The notes under the pieces are model-generated. The model saw only the letters and a list, made by a program, of their open reading frames with translations. It made no database searches and had not been told where the DNA came from. This document shows, piece by piece, positions 44,637-54,959 of a stretch of DNA of 64,000 bases (position 1 is its first letter; every line of letters starts with the position of its first letter). Location of the stretch: positions 1-64,000 of the IMG/VR virus record IMGVR_UViG_3300035670_000149; one strand, 5' to 3'. Made by a program: the position numbers and the translations under genes. The DNA comes from a virus.

Positions 44637-47212
44637 TATCCTTGTTTATAGAGGAAGGCACTTATCTGTTGTATGTAGTAGTAATTTAGCACCCAGGAAT
44701 TAGAGAATCCTTGTCCACCTACACCAGCACCAGGAACTCCAGGGGAACCTATTCTAGTTGGTGGTGCAGGTAATGGGAGAAGTAAAGGATTAATCTTACC
44801 TTTCTCGTCATAAGGAGCTGATTGAGAAATCGCAGATGTTGATGATGCAGTCGGAGTTGAAGGAGAAGACATTGATATCTGTGCTGGTGGTGGAAGCACT
44901 GGTGCTGCTGGAGGCGATGACAAACTTGATGCGTAAGATGAAGCGCCTGCAGTCGGGGCAGCAGCTACTGGAGCAAATTTCAATCCAGCAATATCTTGTT
45001 CGGTTCCAGTAACTTTCGCATAACTTTGAACAAGTTTTTTGAGTTTTTCTGGGTAGGATGGGTCAGTTGCATATCCTTCTTTTTTCAAATGATCTGCAGC
45101 AGCAAATACATTTGGTGCTCGGTTAGCACCACGATATCCTTTGTAATCTTTATACCACTTTGCAACGAGATGATTTACTGCATCTTGAGGTGATGCAAAG
45201 TTTCTGAATCTAGCAGCAGTATTAACAGTCATACCACCATAGACTTCTTGAGTTGATGAAACAGTTCCAGATTCATTACCAGTTGCTTTTATACCAAAGA
45301 AATTATTCTTAGCAGCTAATCTGCGTCCCCAACCAGATTCAAGAGCAAATTGTGCGGCAACGAGTGATGGATACTTTGCTCCTGCTTTGACACCCATAGC
45401 ATAGAATGCTTTCCACTTTTGTTCATTAGATCCCGTTAATGCCTGTGGTATTGATCCACTAAAGTCTTTGATTGATTCTGGTCTTGCTTCTGTAGAAGAT
45501 AATGGTTCTCCATCCCTACCTTCACCAGAAATATTATAACCACTTAGAGAAGTATCAGTTCTTGATGGTTGTGCCCCTTTAGGAAAGAAAGAATTTTTCA
45601 ATAACTTCAATAATCCAATTGGATTCAGGAAAAATCCAGGGTTAGGTAATTTAGTTACTCTTCCTCTAGATTCTCCGGTCTTATCTGCCAACATTGGAAA
45701 TGCGAATCCTAAAGCAGTTTGCAATCCACCCCCTTTTGGTATATTGACTCTTGGCCAACCGGCGACCAATCTTTTCAAACCAGCGCCAATCCAATCAGCA
45801 ATTGCTTTGCCAGTATCAAAAACTTTTCTCAAACCATTTAATAATTTCTCACCAGCTTTCTTAGGACCACCACCCAGAAGAAGTTCGTAGAATAAATCAC
45901 CGACAAAGGTTCCTATAAATTCACCAAGCATAGTTCCCAGTATGGGAATGGGAATAAATGATCCAAGCAATCCCCCTATCGCAGCTCCAGCAGCTTTGAA
46001 CAGGGTTTGACCCATTGGTTCCCCTGCCATGATGGAGGCAACTGCTACAAGAATTGGACCAAGGACAGGTATTCTTCCAAACACACCCTTGGCAGTTGCA
46101 AGACCTGCCTTACCAAAGAGTTTCAATCCCAAACGATTTGCAGACTTACCAATGTTGCCTTTGAGAATAGAACTTCCACCGATTCCACCGCCCAAAGAAC
46201 CTGTTTGTGGTCTAGCAGTAATTTGTCCTCTCTTGAGAGCTCTTTGAACAGCAGCATTAGCAGCTCTTGGATTCTTTCCACTATCTAATGCATTTTGATA
46301 GATATTTGCTGCAGATATTCCATATCTTCTTTGAATCAGTTTTGTAGAAGGATTCCTATCAAGATATTTTTGCAGACTCAGACGTTCTTTTGGAGTAAGA
46401 GATGCACCAGGTTTAGCACCAGGAACTGGTTTACCAGGTTTACCAGGTTTACCACGACTATCTGGTGTTGCTGCTTCTTGTAAAGCATACTGTAATAACA
46501 ATCCAGCAACAAGTATTGATGCATCAAATAATTGTGTGAGATTGCCTCCAAGATCAGTTAGTGCTTTGAAAGAATCTTCACCGAATGTTCCAGTTATAAA
46601 GTTTTGAAATCCTTGTTCAATCCTATCAACACCACTGATGATAGATGAAAATAAGTCTATTGTGCCAATAAAAATATTGGCAATAGTATCTAAAGCTCTT
46701 TCTAAAAGTTTGATGGTTCCAGTGAAAGCTTCTGGATTATCAATCGCCCATTGCCCAATGAACCCCATCACAATTAGACCAACTGCATTTAGAATCTCAT
46801 CAAAGAAAGAAGTAAATGGTCTGGTTATTGGAGCAACAGCAGATTTTATACCACCAAAATTTATTTTCTCTAAGAGATTTTCTCTCTTACCTCCTTTCTC
46901 CTTTTCTTTTTCTTTTCTTTCAGTATCACTATTCTTCTTCGCAAAATTTAATCTGGATCTGAAAATAGATTTCAGTGTTGCAAGTTTTTTGCCAATCAAT
47001 CTTGCCTTTGGAACAACACCTTTTGGTCTAGACTTTGTTCCGATATCCTCTGTTGGAGATGGTGGTAGAAGAGATGTTGATGGTTTTGATACTGACTCTT
47101 TTTTTACTGTTTCAACTTCAGTCACAAAAGACTGCATGGCAGGTTTTTCCTGCTTGACAATCTGTCCGCCCTGTTCTCTATTAGATGTTGCCCCAATGAG
47201 TGCTTTTATCAT
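44636..47212 (-). CDS. Tape-measure-like protein with GH73 glucosaminidase (FlgJ-like) domain
   Basis: AAQFALESGWG..NNFFGIKA..FRNFAS..YATDPSY; helical Gly/Ala-rich N-half. Confidence 0.75.
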   Translation of the reverse strand: MIKALIGATSNREQGGQIVKQEKPAMQSFVTEVETVKKESVSKPSTSLLPPSPTEDIGTKSRPKGVVPKARLIGKKLATLKSIFRSRLNFAKKNSDTERKEKEKEKGGKRENLLEKINFGGIKSAVAPITRPFTSFFDEILNAVGLIVMGFIGQWAIDNPEAFTGTIKLLERALDTIANIFIGTIDLFSSIISGVDRIEQGFQNFITGTFGEDSFKALTDLGGNLTQLFDASILVAGLLLQYALQEAATPDSRGKPGKPGKPVPGAKPGASLTPKERLSLQKYLDRNPSTKLIQRRYGISAANIYQNALDSGKNPRAANAAVQRALKRGQITARPQTGSLGGGIGGSSILKGNIGKSANRLGLKLFGKAGLATAKGVFGRIPVLGPILVAVASIMAGEPMGQTLFKAAGAAIGGLLGSFIPIPILGTMLGEFIGTFVGDLFYELLLGGGPKKAGEKLLNGLRKVFDTGKAIADWIGAGLKRLVAGWPRVNIPKGGGLQTALGFAFPMLADKTGESRGRVTKLPNPGFFLNPIGLLKLLKNSFFPKGAQPSRTDTSLSGYNISGEGRDGEPLSSTEARPESIKDFSGSIPQALTGSNEQKWKAFYAMGVKAGAKYPSLVAAQFALESGWGRRLAAKNNFFGIKATGNESGTVSSTQEVYGGMTVNTAARFRNFASPQDAVNHLVAKWYKDYKGYRGANRAPNVFAAADHLKKEGYATDPSYPEKLKKLVQSYAKVTGTEQDIAGLKFAPVAAAPTAGASSYASSLSSPPAAPVLPPPAQISMSSPSTPTASSTSAISQSAPYDEKGKINPLLLPLPAPPTRIGSPGVPGAGVGGQGFSNSWVLNYYYIQQISAFLYKQG

Positions 47213-47214
47213 GA

Positions 47215-49422
47215 CTATCCAACAATATTATGCATTGCTTTCATTCCAATGATGCTCCTATTGTTCGGATCAATGCTTCCAAGCTTAGGAATATCATTTG
47301 AAACACCTGGATTCGGCGCAGCAGGTTGTTGAGGAGAGGGAACACCTAAAGTTGGTGTCACTTTTTGAACGTCACTTGGAGTCGTACCAAATACTTCTTG
47401 ATAAAGTTTGAAAGTATCTCTCAAATACTCCATTGGATTTGTTATTTGTTCAACTTGACCACCCGATGATGACGCAATACTTCCTGAAGATGGATCATTA
47501 TAGTCACCCATTGTATCAATATTTTCTGCTCCAGGACCAGATGCAAATCCCAAATGAAGGTGAGTATCATGTCCACCAATGGCTCCACCTTTACCACCGC
47601 CAGCAAACCAAGACCCCCATGGATCATGAATAATTTGAGTTAATTTTAGAGCATTTCTTTGCCTGTACATAGATTCGGCAAGAGCTTTTGTTCTGCCTTT
47701 CCAATCACCAGGACGCCAATCCGTGACATCAATCGCAAGATTTTTATAGTGAAGACTACCGCTACTATGACCACCAACTCTTTCGCCACCAGATGGATTA
47801 TATCCTGTACCAGTGTTTGGACCTTCACGAGACCAACTGTTTTTTCTAAAGTTTTTATGTTCTCCAACAGTAAATCCTTTTCCCAAAAGTTGTTTTCCAA
47901 CAGAAGTAACAGCTGGCAATCCGCCTTCTCCTTGTCTCTGCTTAATTCCTTTTAGAGAATCAACCTCACCATCTGTACTTGACTTTGGTTTGGATGCTTT
48001 ACTAGTATTACCACCTGCGTATCCACCACCTTGAGCATATAAAGTTCCGCTCAATAATTTTGGTCGGTTTGTTCCTCCACCAGCAGCATTCATTGCTGTA
48101 AAAGTATCAACACCAAATTGTTGAACGGCACCTTTGCTCATTACAAATTCGCCAGGACTCAACATTGCTGGAATAGTATCAGTCCCAAGTGGAGCTCCAC
48201 CACTTGAGAACGCAAATGTTGGGTTGAAAGTTACTAATGGTCCTGCAGTTCTATTTCCACTATTAATAAGTCCACCACCTCTTGCAGTTTGAAGCATTCC
48301 TGTTGTAGGAGTTGGACCCATGCTTCCAGGACTTGGAGTTTTATCAATTCCAGTATCAGTTCCTTGTACTCCTAAACCTTTTCCTCTACGTGCTCGGACA
48401 GCATTTTCTGCTTGAACAGGTGCTGCTCTTCTTTGCCCAGTAACTTCATTTGCAAGTACAGCGGCGCCACCAATCCCAGCACCGACAGCAATAATTTTGG
48501 CAGCAGGAGAAACTAATGCTGCTCTGGCAAGAGGACCTGCTTTTCCTAGTGCTTTGAGTGCTCCTCCACCCATCCTCAATGCCAGTCTACCTGCAGCTTT
48601 GAACAAATCAAAAGTCAGTTTGAGAAGTTTAGGAACATACTTGAATCCCAACTTCAACAGGAACATTACAATTCCATTGAGTCTTGTTCCAAATAGAAGC
48701 AAACCCCCAATAATTAGTAACCAATGTCTCCTAAAGAATTTGATAACATTATTAAGTTTTTCCGCATTTTCTGGATTTGAATACCATTCAATTAACTTCA
48801 CTCCAACTTTGGCAAAAAGAATTTTGCCGATGGCATCCATTATCTCTTGGAATATATTTTTTATGGGTGCTAAAATTTTCTGAGCTGGACCTTCTATAAT
48901 TTTCTTTAGACCTTCTAGTCTACTTTCCTTCTGCTCCCTCTTATCTTTTTCTTTTTCTTTTCGGTCTTTATCTGCAACTGCCTTCTCAAACTTATTGGTA
49001 TCTCGTATTTCCTTGAGCAGATCATCAATCTTATCTAAGATATCATCAAAACCTTGCTCTACTTGTTGTGTAGATACTTCTGGTTTAGTTTTTAATACAG
49101 TCAATTCCTCCTTTTCAATCGGAGGTTTATATTTTACCAATGCACTTGACTTCGTGCCAGGTAACAATGCTCTAGTAGGACGCAATCCACCACCGTCAAA
49201 CCCACCACCGGCAGCAGATTTTCTCTTCAAAACATTCTCTACAAATGTTTTGAATTCTATTTTGTTCTTTCTATAAAGTTTTAGACCTTCTCTTCTCTCT
49301 TCTGGAGTGGCATTTTCTTTGGTGCCTGGAATTTTTCCATCAGCAACTAACTCCTGACGATACTGTTCTACTTTATCTTCGCCAAAGAAATTAGATGCAT
49401 TGATGGTTCCAGGCTTAGCCAT
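47215..49422 (-). CDS. Tape-measure-like protein with putative LAS/M15-type peptidase domain
   Basis: DTIPAMLSPGEFVM; HSSGSLHYKNLAIDV...HDTHLHLG. Confidence 0.7.
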   Translation of the reverse strand: MAKPGTINASNFFGEDKVEQYRQELVADGKIPGTKENATPEERREGLKLYRKNKIEFKTFVENVLKRKSAAGGGFDGGGLRPTRALLPGTKSSALVKYKPPIEKEELTVLKTKPEVSTQQVEQGFDDILDKIDDLLKEIRDTNKFEKAVADKDRKEKEKDKREQKESRLEGLKKIIEGPAQKILAPIKNIFQEIMDAIGKILFAKVGVKLIEWYSNPENAEKLNNVIKFFRRHWLLIIGGLLLFGTRLNGIVMFLLKLGFKYVPKLLKLTFDLFKAAGRLALRMGGGALKALGKAGPLARAALVSPAAKIIAVGAGIGGAAVLANEVTGQRRAAPVQAENAVRARRGKGLGVQGTDTGIDKTPSPGSMGPTPTTGMLQTARGGGLINSGNRTAGPLVTFNPTFAFSSGGAPLGTDTIPAMLSPGEFVMSKGAVQQFGVDTFTAMNAAGGGTNRPKLLSGTLYAQGGGYAGGNTSKASKPKSSTDGEVDSLKGIKQRQGEGGLPAVTSVGKQLLGKGFTVGEHKNFRKNSWSREGPNTGTGYNPSGGERVGGHSSGSLHYKNLAIDVTDWRPGDWKGRTKALAESMYRQRNALKLTQIIHDPWGSWFAGGGKGGAIGGHDTHLHLGFASGPGAENIDTMGDYNDPSSGSIASSSGGQVEQITNPMEYLRDTFKLYQEVFGTTPSDVQKVTPTLGVPSPQQPAAPNPGVSNDIPKLGSIDPNNRSIIGMKAMHNIVG

Positions 49423-49588
49423 TCTGTTGCTGTTTTAGTTTTTCCTCTTCCAGATGCTGTTTCAATAATTCAACGTAGATGTCTCTTTCCCAAGGCATCA
49501 TATTTTCAATCTCAGTCAAAGAGTATTTATGATACTGCATCAAGGCAAAATTGATCCTGAAGTAAACTTCAAGATCCATATGAGACAT
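49415..49588 (-). CDS. gp51: Baseplate hub assembly protein gp51-like (not in ORF track)
   Basis: MSHMDLEVYFRINFALMQYHKYSLTEIENMMPWERDIYV. Confidence 0.85.
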   Translation of the reverse strand: MSHMDLEVYFRINFALMQYHKYSLTEIENMMPWERDIYVELLKQHLEEEKLKQQQNG

Positions 49589-49590
49589 CC

Positions 49591-50307
49591 CTAGGCGAAA
49601 AAACTTGAGATTCCCTCCAGAACAACCTCACTTTTCTTTTTAGTCTTAGGATTTGTTACCTCAACTTTATAAGACAACTTTGGCATTGTCTCAAAGAAAC
49701 GTTCAATATCTTTGAACTGAGAAGTATTGAGTTGTTCTAAAAATTCTGAAAGTTCTTTCTTAGTTACATCTGAAGTATTCCATGCCTCATCTTCATTATA
49801 AATGGTTTCAATGCATGAAGAGATTAGATCAAAAGTTTTTTCAATTCCAATTTCATCACTCAAATCAAAGTTTTCAGAAACAAATTGATCTAAAGATGGA
49901 TATTTCATTCTCATTGTGAGATGATCATCTAGTTTGATATCTTTGTTATGATCTGAATTCCTTTGAACTTTAATTTCATCAATAGGAATGGTCACAGGAA
50001 CTTCTGTTTCACCATCGTCAGGACAAATAATTTTGACTTCAACTTCTTCTCCGACAGACTTACCACGAATATTGAGGAACAGATACTCAATATCAAAAGT
50101 AGGTAGATCTTCAACCTTTACCTTACTTTTGACACAAGATTTAATGACATCTTTGATTGCTTTTGTAATTTGTTTTGTGTCCTGACTTTCCATAGCCAGA
50201 ACAAGAATTTTTTCTTCTTTGACAAGAAATGGTCTGTATTCTATTTCTTCCCCAGTGGATGGCAACTCAAGTGTGTAATATGGTGTTGCAATTTTTGGTA
50301 AAGGCAT
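49591..50307 (-). CDS. gp26: Baseplate hub assembly chaperone gp26
   Basis: MPLPKI..YRPFLVKEEKIL..FDIEYLFLNIRGKSVGE..FFETMPKL. Confidence 0.92.
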   Translation of the reverse strand: MPLPKIATPYYTLELPSTGEEIEYRPFLVKEEKILVLAMESQDTKQITKAIKDVIKSCVKSKVKVEDLPTFDIEYLFLNIRGKSVGEEVEVKIICPDDGETEVPVTIPIDEIKVQRNSDHNKDIKLDDHLTMRMKYPSLDQFVSENFDLSDEIGIEKTFDLISSCIETIYNEDEAWNTSDVTKKELSEFLEQLNTSQFKDIERFFETMPKLSYKVEVTNPKTKKKSEVVLEGISSFFA

Positions 50308-50335
50308 AATCTCCTATACAAATCAGTGTGATTAT

Positions 50336-51109
50336 TTATGCCTCACCATAGATCCTATTATAATATGCCTCTTCAGATTCTTGGGGAGCAGCGGCAGTTG
50401 CCTGATTAGTTGGAGATGATTCTCCTTGATTTGCTTGGACTGGTTTTGAACCAGATCTCTCCACAAAATAACGATCATAACTAAAACTAACTGTTGTCTT
50501 TAGTATTTGAGATTGATCGTAGGAAACAGGTATAGAAGAAATATTCAAAGGAAATGCATTCACAAAAGTATAAACTATTTCATTACCACTTCCAGTGCCA
50601 GGAACTAATTTTCCTCCATTGTAAACTGCTTCATAATCTTTATTGAATTTGTGAATAAAGATTGACGTTTTATACTTTTCTGGATACTTAAACCTATAAA
50701 AAGAATTTATAGAAGAAACATCATCTCCAACCACCGAATAACTTTCATCAGGACTAGCAATATAATCCATCCACTGCTCAAAGAACTTCAAAGTTTTATA
50801 TTCATCATCAACATAAAAAGACATGTCAATTGTATCAAAGTCTTTTCTATAAGCAAACTTTTGACTTATACCATAATAATCCTGATTGTTTTCGGATGTA
50901 GAAAATCTAGATCCTGGCAATGAAGTTTCAGAGCAAAGAATGCTCAAATCTTCAGTGTATCTATTTGCAGGAGCATACTGATTGACAAAGGGAAGATTCT
51001 GAATATTGAACACTGCTCTAAACTGACTACTTTGAGCAATGTTAGAAAATCTCTTTACGAAATCACTGGTGCTATATGTTCTGTAAGGAATTCTTCCTGA
51101 AGATGGCAT
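50336..51109 (-). CDS. Tail tube-like / baseplate-tail tube initiator (gp54/gp19 family)
   Basis: CSETSLPG, FYVD, FFEQWMDYI, NAFP, TVSFSYDRY. Confidence 0.75.
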   Translation of the reverse strand: MPSSGRIPYRTYSTSDFVKRFSNIAQSSQFRAVFNIQNLPFVNQYAPANRYTEDLSILCSETSLPGSRFSTSENNQDYYGISQKFAYRKDFDTIDMSFYVDDEYKTLKFFEQWMDYIASPDESYSVVGDDVSSINSFYRFKYPEKYKTSIFIHKFNKDYEAVYNGGKLVPGTGSGNEIVYTFVNAFPLNISSIPVSYDQSQILKTTVSFSYDRYFVERSGSKPVQANQGESSPTNQATAAAPQESEEAYYNRIYGEA

Positions 51110-51140
51110 CTAAATACCTATTAGTCTTTATATATTATGT

Positions 51141-51575
51141 ATGAGTTATAAGGGGAAGTTTCGTCCAAGTAACTATCAAAAATATAAGGGAGACCCTACC
51201 AATATAATTTACCGTTCTTTATGGGAACTTAAGTTTATGAATTGGTGTGACAAGAATGAAAACATTCTTGAGTGGGGTAGTGAAGAATTTTGGATTCCAT
51301 ATGTTTCACCCATTGATAATAGAGTGCATAGATATTTTCCAGATTTTTATTTGAAAGTAAAAGAACAAAATGGTTCAATAAAAAAATATGTAATTGAAGT
51401 CAAACCACTGAAGCAAACTGTAGAACCACAACCTTCAAAAAGAAAGACGAAAAAATATCTCTATGAAGCGATGGAATATGCAAAGAATCAGGCAAAGTGG
51501 AAAGCAGCAAGAGAATTTTGTGAAGACCGTAGATATGAATTCAAAATCATAACCGAAAAAGAATTGGGCATATGA
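51141..51575 (+). CDS. gp4: Head completion nuclease gp4
   Basis: YRSLWE, WGSEE, HRYFPDF, IEVKP, NQAKW. Confidence 0.93.
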   Translation: MSYKGKFRPSNYQKYKGDPTNIIYRSLWELKFMNWCDKNENILEWGSEEFWIPYVSPIDNRVHRYFPDFYLKVKEQNGSIKKYVIEVKPLKQTVEPQPSKRKTKKYLYEAMEYAKNQAKWKAAREFCEDRRYEFKIITEKELGI

Positions 51576-51919
51576 ATCGTTTAGAACCAATTCTATACAA
51601 ACTCAAAGGAACAGAAAATCCAGATGATTTAATGTTACTAATCATGGAGGCATTGAAAGAGATTGATTATGCTCCAGATGAAGTTGGGAACTTATTCACA
51701 TTCATCTATATGCCTAAGACGCCAAACATATTGTACGATCAACATCCTCTTGTAGAAGTTACAGAAATAACAAGATGGGGATTTCGTGGATTCAACTATC
51801 ACTGGAATCGTATTCGCAACTATACTTTCCCAGAAATTGTGGGACCAATGCATAGATTATACCCAAGAGAACTAGAAACACTTCGCACAATTCCTTATAG
51901 AAAGGTTCTAATGTCTTGA
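51572..51919 (+). CDS. DNA end protector gp2-like protein
   Basis: YMPKTP..YDQHPLV..GFNYHW. Confidence 0.55.
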   Translation: MNRLEPILYKLKGTENPDDLMLLIMEALKEIDYAPDEVGNLFTFIYMPKTPNILYDQHPLVEVTEITRWGFRGFNYHWNRIRNYTFPEIVGPMHRLYPRELETLRTIPYRKVLMS

Positions 51920-51934
51920 TAAATAACTAAAAAA
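51918..51934 (+). promoter_or_regulatory. T4-type late promoter
   Basis: GATAAATA-ACTAAAAAA upstream of gp48. Confidence 0.7.
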
Positions 51935-51939
51935 AGTCA

Positions 51940-53304
51940 ATGGCGGATTTTGCCGAAAAAACAATAGCAGTAAAAGGCAAGCAAGTAATTGTAAGAACAA
52001 ATCTAAATGACGGAAGTTATACCGTCAGAGATTCGTTCAATAGAACCATTGCGACTGGATCGGCAGCAAATGGTGGTGTGCCAAGTTTTGGACAGGGAGA
52101 TAAAGCAGGACAAGCGTATATTTTAGGAATCAATTCGCAACAAGCATCCAGAAGGTCTGGAAGTTTATCTGTAAGTTTGTCACAAGAAATTGGAGACACT
52201 GTGGCAAAAAGAAATCTAGATAACATCAACTACTTAGGATCTGCAGATCAAAAAAAAGCACTCAAAAATACAAATTATGGCGGAAAAATAAGTATACCTG
52301 GAGACACTACAGCACAAAATAACGGTCCTGGTGGAGGTGGAACAACTGGTGGAAAATCTGGAACCGATACAGGAGCAATATCAACTGGTCAAAACGATCC
52401 ACAAAATCCTGCACAACCACAAACTCAGAACGCAAATCCTGAAGTTCCTAAACCACAATCACCTTCAGGTCCAACTTTGAGATATCCATCAGGTTTGATA
52501 GAACAAAATCAAGACTTTGTTAAAATATCAAGAATCCAATATGTTGCAGGAGGTTCATCTGCTGCAAGTTTATCCTTTGGTGCAATTGCCAGACCATCAG
52601 AAAGAATGGCAACAGTCAAGTCATTGCAAGATGTTATCTTGCCAATACCAACAAACGTATCTTCTGACAATTCCGTTGGGTGGGGTGATGACAAATTGGA
52701 TTTTGTCGCTGCTATGAAAGGTGGACTTGCAGAAGGAGTCATTGCTGGAGGAAGAACATTAGATGATTCATTATCAAACATTGGTGCGACTATTAGCACC
52801 AACAAAGAGTCATTGAAGAAATTACTTACTAAAAGTATTTCTGGTCAAATTGCTGGATCAAACCTGTTCACGAGAGCAACAGGAGCAATTACAAATAGCA
52901 ACTTAGAACTGCTTTTCACTGGTCCAGAACTTAGATCATTTTCGTTTACATACCGAATGACTCCTAGGTCAAATACTGAAACAACACAAATCAAAGAAAT
53001 CATTCGCCAATTCAAAAGAGGAATGGCAGCAAACATTGTTCAAGGACAATTGTTTGTGCAGACACCTAATGTTTTTCTAATTGACTTTAGATTTGCTGGG
53101 GACCAACCACATCCGTTCTTGGATAAAATAAAACCTTGTGCTCTTACCAACTTTAGAGTAAATTATACTCCAGACAATGCATATATGACTTATGGAGACG
53201 GTTCTCCCATAGCGTATGAAATAGCATTTTCATTCAAAGAACTAGAGCCAGTCTATGCACAAGACTATGATAGCGGTAAAGGAGCAGAGGGGATGGGATT
53301 CTAA
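51940..53304 (+). CDS. gp48: Baseplate tail-tube cap gp48
   Basis: LRYP, LPIP..D.NSV.W, NLELLFTGPELRSFSF, VNYTPD, FKELEP. Confidence 0.88.
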   Translation: MADFAEKTIAVKGKQVIVRTNLNDGSYTVRDSFNRTIATGSAANGGVPSFGQGDKAGQAYILGINSQQASRRSGSLSVSLSQEIGDTVAKRNLDNINYLGSADQKKALKNTNYGGKISIPGDTTAQNNGPGGGGTTGGKSGTDTGAISTGQNDPQNPAQPQTQNANPEVPKPQSPSGPTLRYPSGLIEQNQDFVKISRIQYVAGGSSAASLSFGAIARPSERMATVKSLQDVILPIPTNVSSDNSVGWGDDKLDFVAAMKGGLAEGVIAGGRTLDDSLSNIGATISTNKESLKKLLTKSISGQIAGSNLFTRATGAITNSNLELLFTGPELRSFSFTYRMTPRSNTETTQIKEIIRQFKRGMAANIVQGQLFVQTPNVFLIDFRFAGDQPHPFLDKIKPCALTNFRVNYTPDNAYMTYGDGSPIAYEIAFSFKELEPVYAQDYDSGKGAEGMGF

Positions 53305-53963
53305 TGACTTACTTCAGACAACTTCCTAATTTCAATTACGTTTCAAGACTCAACAATCCAAACTCTAGTTCGGACTATATTGAAGTTAAAAATCTTTTCA
53401 GAAGAGGAAAGATCCGAGAAGATCTTTTCAATGACTTTACAACTTTCACTCAGTATACAATCATTGGCGATGAAAGACCTGACTCCGTAGCATACAAATT
53501 CTATAATGACTCTACGTTAGACTGGTTAATATTACACGCAAATAATATAGTCAATGTGAGAAATGAATGGCCACTCACTCAGAAAGATTTTGAAAATTAT
53601 CTAATTGAAAAGTATGGATCAGTTGAAGGATACAGTGCAATAAAACACTACGAATCCAAAGAAACAAGAGACACTCTTGGAAATATTATTCTACCAGAGG
53701 GTCTTATTATTGATGAAGGTTACTTAATTACCTACAGAGATGCTGGAACTGGCACTGAATTAATTGCCAGCGATATCTCTTCTGGAGTTACCTATCAAGA
53801 ATATGAGCAAAGAATTGAAAATGAAAAGAGAAATATCTACGTACTGAAACCTCAGTTTGTTGAGATTGCTATCAATGATATTGAAGATATGATGACTTAT
53901 ACAGAGTCCTCTCAATACATTAGCGACACCTTGAAGCAAGGAGACAATATTAAAATAAAATAG
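53304..53963 (+). CDS. gp53: Baseplate wedge gp53
   Basis: YFRQLPN, KNLFRR, ERPD..A..FY..LDW.IL..N, EWP. Confidence 0.92.
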   Translation: MTYFRQLPNFNYVSRLNNPNSSSDYIEVKNLFRRGKIREDLFNDFTTFTQYTIIGDERPDSVAYKFYNDSTLDWLILHANNIVNVRNEWPLTQKDFENYLIEKYGSVEGYSAIKHYESKETRDTLGNIILPEGLIIDEGYLITYRDAGTGTELIASDISSGVTYQEYEQRIENEKRNIYVLKPQFVEIAINDIEDMMTYTESSQYISDTLKQGDNIKIK

Positions 53964-53980
53964 GGGGGAAAGATCCCCCC
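53963..53980. terminator. Hairpin between convergent gp53 and gp32
   Basis: GGGGGGA-AAGA-TCCCCCC. Confidence 0.65.
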
Positions 53981-53986
53981 ATAGTA

Positions 53987-54892
53987 TCATGCCTCAGCAA
54001 GTTTTTGGAAATAACTTAGGGCATCGTCTTCATCGTCATCATCAACTTTAGATGAGACGTTAGGAAGACTTACTTTTTGACGCACTTCTTCTTCAACGGG
54101 ATCATAGGAATCTTCTTCATCAGCAACCTCAGAATCAACACGGCGAGCAGGTTGAGATACTCGCAGAACCTGATTCAGACGGCGCTCAAGTTCCTCATAG
54201 GACTTGAAATTGGAGGGTTTTACAAACTCCTCTAGAGAATATTCTTTTTTCCAAATGGACTCAAGAGCTTCATCGTCATCAAGGAGAGGCTCAACAGAGT
54301 CAAACTCTGACTTGTCATAATTCCAGTAGCCATCCACCTTGCGGATCTTAAGTTTGAAGTTAGCTCCCTGCCAGAAATCAAAGGGATTGATTGGTGATTC
54401 ATCCTCAAACTCTGGTTGCATGGACGCCATGATCTTGTCGAAGATTTTCTTTCCGTATTTGAAAAGAAAAACTTTGCCCTCGTTTTCAGGATTTACGGGG
54501 TCTTTTACAACATAGATGTTGCTATAGTAAGACAGTTTGCGCTTCTGTTTGCGGACAGTATCTTTATCTGCATCACTACCACTGTTCCAAAGATCGCGGT
54601 TGTATTCTGATACAGGATCTTTTTGACCAACAGTGGTCAAAGAGTTCTCGATGTACCAACCACCAGGACCTTGAAATGCGTGGGAGTATACTTTTGCCCA
54701 GGGAACTTCTTCTCCTTCAGGAGCAGGCAAGAAGCGAACAACAGCATAACCATTCCCACTCTTATCCAGAGCAGGTTTCCAGAGTCGCTCATCAGCACCA
54801 TTAGTTTTGGTGCTCATTTTCTCTACTTCTGCGACCAGTTTAGAAGTGAGAGAACCAAGACGGGATTGTTTTTTGAGATCGGAAAAAGACAT
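53987..54892 (-). CDS. gp32: Single-stranded DNA-binding protein gp32
   Basis: DERLWKP..GNGYAVVRFLP..WYIENSLTT..NYDKSEF; acidic tail. Confidence 0.97.
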   Translation of the reverse strand: MSFSDLKKQSRLGSLTSKLVAEVEKMSTKTNGADERLWKPALDKSGNGYAVVRFLPAPEGEEVPWAKVYSHAFQGPGGWYIENSLTTVGQKDPVSEYNRDLWNSGSDADKDTVRKQKRKLSYYSNIYVVKDPVNPENEGKVFLFKYGKKIFDKIMASMQPEFEDESPINPFDFWQGANFKLKIRKVDGYWNYDKSEFDSVEPLLDDDEALESIWKKEYSLEEFVKPSNFKSYEELERRLNQVLRVSQPARRVDSEVADEEDSYDPVEEEVRQKVSLPNVSSKVDDDDEDDALSYFQKLAEA

Positions 54893-54930
54893 AAGATTTG
54901 GCTTGTAATTTGGCTTTTGTGTACCTTGTT

Positions 54931-54959
54931 ATTATAGGACTAGATGGAACTCTTGTCAA
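54931..54959 (-). promoter_or_regulatory. Perfect sigma70 promoter for gp32
   Basis: TTGACA-17-TATAAT. Confidence 0.75.

Noticed and set aside
46638-47252. Long plus-strand ORFs (also 4013..4570, 5725..6435 and many others)
   Set aside because: Antisense shadows of well-supported minus-strand genes; no motifs or RBS
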